Below are positions 13,200 through 24,700 of a stretch of DNA of 62,819 bases, piece by piece (position 1 is the stretch's first letter; each line of letters begins with the position of its first letter). A program made the translations under genes and the position numbers. The notes under the pieces were generated by a model. That model was not told the origin of the DNA and searched no databases. It worked only from the letters and a program-made list of their open reading frames with translations. The stretch covers positions 21,161,696 through 21,224,514 of the forward strand of contig JAUZTB010000062.1 of assembly GCA_034780895.1 (NCBI GenBank). The letters are read 5' to 3'. Origin of the DNA: Rhynchobatus australiae (Eukaryota).

Positions 13200-13520
13200 A
13201 GGCATCCAACTGCTGCAGGCCATTTAACAATATCCTTGGAGCCGTCAAAATACCATCATTCTATTGCAGTCCACAGTACCAGCTGCATTTGAACCACAAC
13301 AGTAAACCAAAGGGTGACAGGACTACTATTAGTTGATAATAAGGCTAATGAATCTGCTGCAGTCCATGCACATATGCTGAAGGTCATGCTACCACATGAA
13401 ATATGCTAAAGCAAACCATATGCATATTTCCACTGACTGAACAGCGGGGATGCTCACAGCATCTGGCAAAGTGGGTGACAACATTTGGAATGGCTTTACT
13501 TTCAAGAGAAGATAAACCTT
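13200..13520 (+). mobile_element. Very decayed PIF/Harbinger transposase remnant
   Basis: Fragments QYPWSRQNTIILLQSTVPAAF (cf. RYPGS.HD.FIL.QS.VP..F), G.LL.D.., YAEGHATT, KQTICI and F..L.SGDA occur in the order expected for a HARBI1-like DDE nuclease. Confidence 0.45.
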
Positions 13521-14713
13521 ATCAACAGGCAGTAAGTGACCAGCTGGGAAGCAGAAACATGAGGAGGAAGAGGAAGGAGGAAAGGAAGAGGTAACCTTGA
13601 CAGCTTCTTTCTGCTTGGACAGTCAGCACCAATATCCTAAACCCTAATTCACCATTCACAGTGGGACTACCTCTTAACTTTCTTCAATCATTCACCATCA
13701 GAATACATTGTGAAGATAAACACCACCAAAAAAAGACAAGCACTCCAAGCTTACAGCAATCAATAACGTTTGTGTACATTCATCATATCTGTCCAATACC
13801 TTCCCCTATCCCAGTCCAATCCCAATGGCTGGTAGAAGGCTGCTAATCTTCAGTGGAGCTGACTGTACGTGGCCATGGAGGACAACCTCAACCAACCCAG
13901 AGTTGATAAGATCTGGGAAGTATCTTGAAATGGGGTGTAGCAATGTGTGTTGGCTGGCATGTCAGAGAACAGATGGAATGACAGAGGATGATTGCTGTCT
14001 TACTGAGATAGGACAACTGGTTTGTGTGCCATGGAGTTGTTGCCATGACACTACGACAGTGTTTCTGCAATCCTCATAACTGGATAGAGGACTGCTGTCA
14101 CATCCTGCACACCCTTTTATACACTGTAATCAGCAGGCATGAAAGCAACAAGCTGACTTTATTTAGAATCAGTCTGATGTACCATTGCAGCGCCCAGAAA
14201 TGGTATGGCTGCTGCTTGTGTCGCATGGAAACTATAACATTGCACATCAAGTACTGTACCAAGTACATGAAGAGAGGTGGCCACCACATCCACGGTGAGG
14301 GTGGGCTACAGGTTCTTTAAAATCCCCGTGTTAAGTTGATGTAAGACTCCCCCACACTCTTCAACATTTAATGCAGTGTCCTCTTTCTGCTGGCTGTTCA
14401 CTTCACCATTGACTTTATAAGGAGTGGTCTCTGTTTCGGGGAGCTTGGTGGTTTCTTGATGACCCAAGACTAATGTGGAGATTTGTGTAGTTTTATCTCG
14501 GGCTGCAGAAGTATCTTGACCAATAAGAGATGCCAATGAAGGCTTGTTGCTTGTCAAATCCACAGTGGGATGTCTTGGTGATGGTGTCTGCAATAAAAAT
14601 GGAAAGATTTTAATTTTAGCAGTGCTGAATATAACCTTTTTATTGTATTGATCCATCTCCTACTACACTGAAGGCAGTAAACCAGGGCATATTTCTACAC
14701 TGCAAGTTGGAAA

Positions 14714-14903
14714 TTGGTGTTGGTTTATTATTGTCACTTGTAACGAGGTTCAGTGAAAAGCTTGTCTTACAAACCGATCATACAGGTCAATTCATTACAC
14801 AGTGCAGTTACATTGAAATAGTACAAAGTGCATTGATGTAGTACAGGTAAAAACACTAACAGTACAGAGTAAAGTGTCACAGCTACAGAGAAAGTGCAGT
14901 GCA
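14714..14903 (-). mobile_element. LINE 3' end (L2/Rex-Babar-like tail), truncated by a gap
   Basis: ttggtttattattgtcacttgta...cagtgaaaag is the reverse complement of a ...ttcactg...gtgacaataataaa tail that resembles the family A SINE tail. Confidence 0.55.
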
Positions 14904-15199
14904 NNNNNNNNNNNNNNNNNNNNNNNNNNNNNNNNNNNNNNNNNNNNNNNNNNNNNNNNNNNNNNNNNNNNNNNNNNNNNNNNNNNNNNNNNNNNNNNNN
15001 NNNGTGAGTGAATTATCAGGGAAATGGAAAGGTGCTAATCAAGCAGGGTTTTTTTCCTGGGTGATGTCAAGTTTCTTTTGTGGAACTGCTCTCATTCAAG
15101 CATTTGAAGACTACTCCATCAGACTCCTGACTTGCACCAGGTAGTTGGTGTAAATGCTTTGGATGAGTAGGAAGTGATTCGCCCACCCTGCAAGCAGTT

Positions 15200-15535
15200 C
15201 CCATAGTTACACAAGAACACACTAAAATGGGACCAGGTGTAGGTCACCTGGCCCCTCCAGCCTGCCCCACCATTCAATATGATCACAGCTGATCCATGCT
15301 GGTCTCAACCCCTCTTCTGTGCTAGTTCCCCTAACCCTCAATTCCTCAGTCTATCAAATATTTATCTACCTCCTTATTTAATGATCTGGCCTCCACCACC
15401 CTCAGGGACAGAGAATTCCAGAGATTCACTTCCCTCTGAGAAAAGAAACTTCAAAACACTTCCATTATAAATAACTGGCCCCTTATTTTACAGCTATGTC
15501 CCCTTGTTTGTGACTCTCCCACTAGTGAAAACAAT
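15200..15535 (-). mobile_element. CR1 LINE 3' end fragment
   Basis: gtaggtcacctggcccctccagcctgccccaccattcaatatgatc and agagaattccagagattcacttccctctgag are reverse-strand CR1 3' signatures. Confidence 0.75.
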
Positions 15536-18500
15536 TACGGTATTCAAATGCTTGGTAACATTAAGCTTCCTAACAACTGTGACAACCATGCCGTTGATTT
15601 TCTGTATGCTTTAATAAAATTAATTCTATCTAGTTTGATGGGTCTAAAATACCAAATTACTAGTGTTTAAAATATCTAGAATAAAATTAGCAAAGAGCGG
15701 AAATGGCTTCAGGAACTTCATTTTTCTTTTGAAGTCCATTTCCTCCCTGAATATCAAATGTGGTAAATATCTTTTTAATGTTTTGAGTAATATGCAGAGC
15801 ACTCAATAATACCTCAATATTCATTGCAGGAACTTATAACAGCATCACACATGAAATAAAATTCAATCTCCTGCTTGACTGTCAGATCAATAAACAATGG
15901 AAATTAATGGTCATTTCCCCCTTGATAGCTGTATTATCATCCATAGGCTGGATCTACTTAATCCAACACACAGCCCACATAGAACCTTGTGCTAAACCCA
16001 CGACAGTACTGACCTACAATGGCTTTGGCCCTACTGCAAGACTGAGTGGGCCACAGCCATTGGTGTTAAGTAGTGAAACATAAGGCCCGGCAATCAGCAA
16101 CAATGAGAGTTCGCAGCTGCCAGAAGGAATTTTCGCTGTTTTTTTTAAATATATAAACGTCTTTTATGTTCAAAGACTTTCAGAAAGCATAAATTAATTT
16201 AAATACATTAAAATAAAAAAATCGTAACTGATTTACTTAAAGACATTTAATCTATTATAAACTCATTAAAAACATAAAGAAAATGAACCTAAACTTACTT
16301 TATAATGAAGGTCGACAACTCTATTTAAATGAATGGGCTGATAGCATGCAAGGCTGACATGAAGCTGATGGGCCGAATAGATGTACATCCAGCCATTCCC
16401 GGACTGGAGCTGCAGGATTGCTGCTGCACTCAGTGAGCGGGAGGTCAGCTCTGCAGGAAGGTAACCCCCAACGTCCCCNNNNNNNNNNNNNNNNNNNNNN
16501 NNNNNNNNNNNNNNNNNNNNNNNNNNNNNNNNNNNNNNNNNNNNNNNNNNNNNNNNNNNNNNNNNNNNNNNNNNNNNNNNNNNNNNNNNNNNNNNNNNNN
16601 NNNNNNNNNNNNNNNNNNNNNNNNNNNNNNNNNNNNNNNNNNNNNNNNNNNNNNNNNNNNNNNNNNNNNNNNNNNNNNNNNNNNNNNNNNNNNNNNNNNN
16701 NNNNNNNNNNNNNNNNNNNNNNNNNNNNNNNNNNNNNNNNNNNNNNNNNNNNNNNNNNNNNNNNAATTTTTGTGAGCAACTATGTATAGAGGTTTTCAAT
16801 TTGTTGACTGTGCAAATTCTTTTATATTTCTTTGCATAGAATTTCACTACTTCCTCGCTAAAACAATGCCTGCCCTTGCACATCAGTGCCATTGTTATTC
16901 AGTCCTCGTTACAGAAGAGAATGCATAAAACAGGAATATCACTCAAAGGCCCTTCTCCTTTGCCCCATCCAAAATGGGGTGTCTCATTTGTTCTGAATTG
17001 ACCCATGCCACTCAACTCAGATACCCAGGTCCAAGGACCCAGCACCTTCCTGTTTTAAAGTATTAAAGCAAGCTACTGCATTCTGGAACAAACATTTATT
17101 TTATGCGTTTTCCATCATGGCTGAGGTTTTCTCACAAAAGTGGAACTGCAGTTTTAATATACCACTGAGAATGAAGGCATTGTTTGATTTAATTATCTCC
17201 TCATTCCTGTGAAATATATAACATTTGGAAGATACCATTTGTTAATACTACCTGCCTGATGGATTAACCCGCTGAGCATTTAAGAAGTATTTTTTTCTGT
17301 AACATCCTATAAGATCAATAACGAATGTCTTGGAAATTGATTTCTCCTAATTATAATGAAGAACTATATTTTAAAGCAGTATTTCAAAACGACTAAAGAA
17401 CAATATCAGGCTTTGCTGAGAAAATGTGTGTATTAGTATTCAAAAACTGTGTCTATTCAAATAGCAGGGGAGTATGTAGAACAATAACTAAACTCATATA
17501 AGCCTGAATGTCACAGCACCAAAACTTCAATAATGTTAGATGTATATAATGAGAGCTTTGATAAAGTACAGCTGGTCTTGCAATGGCACAGATGAGAATT
17601 TTGACATGCTTGCAAGACAGACATGTGGGATGGGTTATTCTCATAACTTACACTGCCGTAAATTTAAGATTGCATAAACTTTCTGTCTAAACCACCAAGA
17701 TGATAAAATTCCCCTGAGGGAAAAGAGGAAATTTGGAGGAAGGTACACTGCATGCACATTTCCCATTTGAGTAGCTATTAACAAGGCCAATCAAATACTG
17801 AACCAGATAGCTGACGCAGTAAAAAACAAGTCAGAGGAAGTCATGTCCAAAGTACAGGGTGGTCTGGTCACATTTCGAGAAGTAATGCCTCCAGTCTGAC
17901 CATGAGGGAGACATTCGAGACCTGGAGATTTTTCAAATGGGGATTGATTCCTCCAAGGGCTGTGATAGTGCAACAATTGCAATTGAGGTGACCAGTGGAT
18001 AACATCAAAGCATACATGATGGCAAACAACACTGAAGTTACTTTAGACTATATTGTGAGAATAGAACAAGTGAAACAAATGTTGAAGCTCACAAATTAGA
18101 ACTGATGTCATGATTTTCTGCTCCATGCAGGGAGTTCAAGTAGAGGGAAAAATCACAGAATTGGATTCCATACTGTGGGTTTAGTAGCACCTTTTAGATG
18201 GAGAAGTTAAGATAAGTTTTATGGCTTTCCCATGTGTATTTGCCTTGTAAGCTGGAGAAAGTACCTTGGGACTTTTAAAAAATGTTTTATAAATGCAAGC
18301 TATTCTTTCCTGCCTTCCCACATCTTCAAAGAGGAATTGTAAAATGTGGGGAATGAAAACTAATTACAGAACATTGTGGAAAAAAGCTTTAACAATCTTC
18401 TTTAGCTTTGAAATTATGTTGTACAAATATTGATACAAGAAACCTTAACAAATTTATTTGAAATTGAGATTCCTTTGTTTGCTCATTTGTTTCAAAACAG

Positions 18501-20607
18501 TTAACGTCTTCATTAAAGTGATGGATAAATAAAAAGGTTATATGAACATGAGAAGTGCTTATATACTACTGTTCACATTGATTTTATTCTTACTACTCCT
18601 GTGAATTCCATGTCAGTTTCCTTTACTGAAAAGATGAAATGTCCAAGACACAAGCATCAGGAATCTGATAATTCATTTAGATTAGGGATCCTGTTTGCTT
18701 TCGCCACATTGGCTATTTTGTTTACCAATAGTATTATCAAGGAAATTTCTTATCACTAAATTTGCCAGATTTAAATGTTTGCTAAATGACAAAATTCCAC
18801 AAGTATTTTTGAAAATGTAAGATTAAGATTAAAATTCATAGAAATTGTCCTCTCAAATCTGCTTTTGATGTTGAGTGTAGCAGTGGTGTATGAATGAATG
18901 CTTTTCCCCAGCTGCCACCTACTCCAGAATATTCATTCCTCCTTTTCATTTGTACTGGTTTAGTTCCCTGCAGTGGCAAAAATAAGATGTTAATTTCAGT
19001 TTTTGTCATGTAATATCTTTATTGGTGCCCACAACTGAAATACTTTTCTGTGCATGTACTCTTTGTAAGAAGCTAACATTCATTCCAGATGGAGACATGG
19101 CTTAAATGTATCAGTTATTATTGCAAAGCAGATTTTCCCATAGAATAAAAACTCAAATGTTCAGATCAGTGGATTTGAGTGAGCCCTTTAATAACTAGTT
19201 CATTTAAAATTGTTCCAGAGTGTGGCAGCTTTCAAGTAAGTTATCCTAGACACACGCAAGCACACATAGAACTATTTCCCTGGGCCAAGTTTTTCCAAGC
19301 CATAATTGAGCTGACAGCTGCACAAGGCTAGATTTTTGTTATCGTTCATACTATGAATGCCAAAGGGAAAAAATTGCTGCTTACCCTGGGGATTTGATAG
19401 TAATAGCAAGAAACTGAGTTTTTGTCATCTGAGGCAGGAAAAATCTATGATATAAATGTTGTTATGTTAAAGCAGATTTTAGTTTAATGTATGTGGGACA
19501 GATTCTTTATCTATTAAAATACTCTATGCATGCATGTTTTGAATGCAAACTGAACCCCGCACCACCCGCCAAAAATATGAGATGGAGAGGCAATGGTGCT
19601 CTTTCTTTGGATTAGCTAATGCTACCCAAACACATGGCATGCAATTCCACTTTACGTTATGCTGTTTTTCTTTAGGTTATGCATATGCCATTAATGGGTC
19701 CACGAGTTGGTGAGCAGTAGACCACAGTTCCGTAATTTTTTTCAAATTTGGTGACATTTTAAAATAAAACATTGTTTATGGAACAACATAATAGTAAGTT
19801 CATGAAAAGAAAGATCATGCATTGATTTTGGGCCTTCAGATGTCCCAAATTACTGTCAATTAATTACAGTTGAAATGCTATAGCTATAAATAATATGCAT
19901 GTTCAGAGATGATTCAGACTGAAAATGTGCTTTCTGCACTTTGTAGTGATTACTGCAAAAGCAACTCCTGCATAAACCTTTTGGCCAGGTGGTATCCCTG
20001 TGGCTTTTGTTGTATGCAATAGATGTCAGAAAAATAGTTCATGTATCAGACTACATTGTATTCTGTTACACCCAATGTAAAATACAGGAGGAACATTTTT
20101 CTCTGGAGGAAATCATGTTCTATATATGTATTTACTGTTGATAAATTGACTAAGATGTGAGGCTTTCTTGAAATGATTTTTAGTGTGATATTTTTTCCTT
20201 AAAAAGTCCTTGGTGCTTAAAACCTGGTAGCTTGGGTGAATAGTTTTAAGAATATGTATGGAAAGTACACAACAAACTTTGAAAATCCAATGTTGTTTCA
20301 TTGCAGTTCATCTCTTCCACCAGTAGCTTGTTACTAGATGCTTGTATGCTCCTAAATTTGGTTTGTCAGCATTGGAAACCTGATCTCTAGCATCTGAGAA
20401 GGAAGGTTTAAAAAGTAAGGGAAAACAAAACAATCACTTCCGCAGGTTTCAGATTAAACCTTATGCAAATCCCTCCAAAACTGTGGTGTGAATGAATGGT
20501 CAAGTCAGTTAAAATGCAATTTAAAGCAAAATGTTTCGAACAAATTGAAATGGTGGCATTCTGTGTATATTATACAGTAGTTGCAATCAGTGTAATTGGC
20601 ATGAATA

Positions 20608-21191
20608 CAGTGGCATGCAAAAGTTTGGGCACCCTGGTCAAAATTTCTGTTACTGTGAATAGCTAAGTGAGTAAAAGATAACCTGATTTCCAAAAGGCAG
20701 AAAGTTAAATATGAAACATTTCTTTAATATTTTAAGCAAGATTACCTTTTTATTTCCATCTTTTACAGTTTCAAAATAACACAAAAGGAAAAGGGCCCGA
20801 AGCAAAAGTTTGGGCACCCTGCATGGTCAGCACTTAGTACCACCCCCTTTGGCAAGTATCACAGCTTGTAAATGCTTTCTGTAGCAAGCTAAGGGTCTTT
20901 CAATTCTTGTTTGAGGGATTTTCACCCATTCTTTCTTGCAAAGGGCTTCTAGTTCTGAGAGATTCTTGGGCCGTCTTGCATGCACAGCTCTCGAGGTCTA
21001 TCTACAGATTTTCAATGTTGTTTGGGTTGGGAGATTGAGGGCCATGGCAAAGCCTTCAGCGTGTACCTCTTGAGGTAGTCCATGGTGGATTTTGAGGTGT
21101 TTAGGACAGTTATTCTGTTGTAGAAGCCATCCTCTTTTCATCTTCAGCTTTTTTTTTACAGACAGTGTGATGTTTGCTTCCAGAATTTGCT
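20608..21191 (-). mobile_element. Tc1/mariner DNA transposon of IR/DR type: one terminus plus decayed transposase C-terminus
   Basis: A TA target (20606-20607) is followed by CAGTG. A perfect 20-bp direct repeat GCAAAAGTTTGGGCACCCTG occurs at 20617-20636 and 20802-20821. The minus strand encodes QQ.N.PKH..KSTMDYLKR, WPS.., IENL, AVHARRPKNLSELEALCKKEWVKIPQ and YRKHLQAVILAKGGGTKC* (stop at 20827-20829), with frameshifts. An N gap truncates it. Confidence 0.9.
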
Positions 21192-21291
21192 NNNNNNNNN
21201 NNNNNNNNNNNNNNNNNNNNNNNNNNNNNNNNNNNNNNNNNNNNNNNNNNNNNNNNNNNNNNNNNNNNNNNNNNNNNNNNNNNNNNNNNNN

Positions 21292-21366
21292 CAGAACACT
21301 CTACATAAAAGATGTATTTCACTGTGTGTTTCGATGCACATGTGACTAATAAAGAGATCTTATCTT
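21292..21366 (+). mobile_element. 3' tail of V-SINE family A after an N gap
   Basis: cagaacactctac...catgtgactaataaagagatcttatctt matches 62475-62548. Confidence 0.8.
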
Positions 21367-21451
21367 AATTATGCTTCTCATTGGCCAGATGGAGAGCGAG
21401 TGGTTGAGTCCACAGAAAAATTGGCCATAACTTTCTATTACAGCCAATTCA

Positions 21452-21790
21452 GGGATGCCACCGTGGCACAGCTAGTAGAGCCACTGACTCAAAGCTCCAG
21501 CAACCTGGGTTCAATACTGACCTCCTGCACTGTCTATGTGGGGTTTGCAGGTTCTGTGACCAGTTTCCTCTGAATGGTCTGGTTTCCTCCCACATCCCAA
21601 GGATGTGCTGGACGGTAGAGTAATTGCTCATTGTAAATTGCCCCTAAAGTGTGGGCGAGTGGTAGAATCTGGGAGAAGTTATGGGGACAATAGGTTAAAG
21701 GGAAGGTTAGTGGGGAAATGGGATTGTTCCGTGAGCTGGCAGAGACTTAGTGGGCTGAATGGTCTCCTTCTGTGTTGTGAGGAAATATGG
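21452..21790 (+). mobile_element. V-SINE family B (HE1-like, CR1-type tail), diverged
   Basis: tRNA-like head (GGTTCAATAC B box), V-domain GGTTTCCTCCCACATCCCAA, TAAATTGCCCCT, and tail GGGCTGAATGGTCTCCTTCTGTGTTGT. Confidence 0.8.
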
Positions 21791-24700
21791 GTGATGTCAG
21801 TGTATAATCCTTTGCACAAGGGATAACAGAAATCTGGAGTTATGTCCCACAAAAACTGTAACTGGGATTTCAAATGAATGGTGAAATCTTATGAGGTTCT
21901 GGGGCAATTGGTGTGCTTTTTATTCGTTTTGATGTTGAAATAAATATTTGGTATCTAATCTACTTAGGTGTTTTTAAATGGAAAATCAGCTTTCTGATTG
22001 GGATCACACTAGATCTATCTGGAGGAGAATCAATGCCTGTTTCCTTCAAATATTGGCCAGGAATTCAATCTTCATTCCGTCTGTCCGTCCGTCCGTCCTA
22101 TGATTAATTTGTCCCTTCCACACAACATAACTTCCATACATTTTGCAACATCACTATTAAAAATTAGGGGTTGAAATGGATTGTTTTAACCAGCCTACTA
22201 ATGCTTCCATCAACAAAGTAAATAAACATTAAACCCAGAAGCAACTACTTGTTAGACAGTTTTTATGCACTAATAGTGGCCCCTTGTGAAATGCAGTGTA
22301 AAATCAATGTCAGATTGGACTAACTGCTCTAATGCAGGCAATTAGTCATATTTCTTTGGACAAAATTCAAATATGCTTGAGAACTCCTGCTGATGAATCT
22401 ATTTGACACAAGATAATTGTCACATACAAAGCAATCATTTAATTCGAATGTACCAATTCACTTTCCATTAACTCCTATTGCTAGAGTTCCTGATCCAGTA
22501 ATAAATTTTTTCCATGATCCAGGCATTTTGTTGTTTCGTAATGTGCATATTGCCAATCTGTCATAACAGACATATTTTATTAATTGTATTATTTTAATCA
22601 ATCTCCACTATGTAATAAGGCATGTTAATGAATTAAATGGCATATTAATTGGGTATTTGTAAAAACGATTGGCCAATACAAAATTGTAGGTGACTCTTTA
22701 AGAAAGCATCCACATTGTTACAAAATGGTTTTGCCAAGCTAAACTTGTTTTTTAAATCTTGCATCAAAACAAGTAGCCTGAAGTTACTTCGGCTGGGGAG
22801 TCCTATTCCCTTTGTTCAATATTTAGTCATGTCCTGTATAAGCATCAATAGAAGTGTGCACACGTGTAATGATGTATTTCAAATGTTCTTTTGTTATTGC
22901 TCTCTTGAACCACTTTTGCTTCTGGTGTACTCAAGCTGTGTAGTGAATAACTTAGGACTTTCCCTATTTCAAGGTTATGTTGGCTTAGTATAGAAAAAGT
23001 ATGAAGATCTGAGGGAAGGTAAAGGACTGAAAATCAATAATAAGTTTAGATACTCTATATAACAATTGTATGAGTATTGAAATAAAACTCCTGGTTCAGG
23101 GAAAAAAATCAGTAATTAATTTGAAGTTAAATTAAGGTTTGGTTAATATTAATTCTTTAGATTTGGACAACAATTTTTTTTGTTTATGCATCTTAGCATG
23201 TTTAATAGACTTTGCTGAAATATATTTCTAAATCTTTAACATGGATATATATTGGAGGCTTGGTGATATATTAAACTCGGGGAATAGCTTATTCTGTNNN
23301 NNNNNNNNNNNNNNNNNNNNNNNNNNNNNNNNNNNNNNNNNNNNNNNNNNNNNNNNNNNNNNNNNNNNNNNNNNNNNNNNNNNNNNNNNNNNNNNNNNNN
23401 NNNNNNNNNNNNNNNNNNNNNNNNNNNNNNNNNNNNNNNNNNNNNNNNNNNNNNNNNNNNNNNNNNNNNNNNNNNNNNNNNNNNNNNNNNNNNNNNNNNN
23501 NNNNNNNNNNNNNNNNNNNNNNNNNNNNNNACCATACAAGGCTTCAATTGTGTAATGGTTATGGCTCTGGACCAGCATTCCAAAGATCAGGAGTTCAAAT
23601 CACATGATGTGTTGTAATTTGCATTGAATGAATATAATTATTAAAAACTCTAAATCTGTTGTACAGTTGAAATGTCCTTCAGGAGTCTACCACCTCGACT
23701 TGGTCTATATGTGACTAAATACAATTATTGTTTTTTCTTGTGTAAGGTGGTCAATAAATATCATTGTTAAAATTGGGAACTTTTTTTCAGTTGATCATTA
23801 TTTAGTGCAACAGCACAAAGATATCCATGGAGAATGTTAATCTATTTTCCATAAATATTGAGTCCTGCAAATCTGCCCACATTGTGATGTTGCCATTTTC
23901 ATCAAATATGAAAACATTCAGTGATAAGACATCACCAAATGACACTGACTCATTAACTTTAAACTAGCTCTGCTGTTCATTTGAACATGAAGAAGCCATG
24001 CTATAATAAGAACACTCAGGTGACAACTGTGGAATTGTGATTTTCAATGACCCCAAACAGTAAGATGAACCTTATGACTTTGTTACTCATTTGTTATGGT
24101 CAGCTTTAGTCATGATCACACATAAATCAAAAATTAATACGAGTAAACTGAAATCAGTGTATATTTTGGTCAATCATGTGTGGTATTGTGCACGAGAACA
24201 CAAAAGAATTGGGTCTGTTTTGACTTTTAAATTATTGATCATAATTTTCCTTCTGCCAATAAATTGCTCAGTGGGCAGTCTTAAGTTGGGTTGGGACTAT
24301 ATCAATGGCTAAAACTGCAAGGAAGAGAGTCAGAAGTGTGCACACATTTAAAAAGGAGTAGCTAAATGAAAGCACAAGGAAGTTACCTATGACAAGATAC
24401 TGAAGATGGGATTGACAGTAAATGGAACAAGATGGCCCACAGTCTAGTTAAACTATGGAATAGAGTGTTTGCAAAATTAACCGTGCTACGGCAGTGGAAT
24501 TTTGTGTTAAGGGGGAACTACTGAACCCAGTAATGGGAGAACTATACTGCCACTTTCCACTTCCTGCCTCAGCTACTGATGGAATGATTTCAAGTGAAAG
24601 GAGTGATTTGTCAACAGAACATTTGAAGCTAGATATCATCATTACCACTGCACAATGTCATTAAGAAAGTACAGTACTTCACTCACCACCACCCCCCCCC

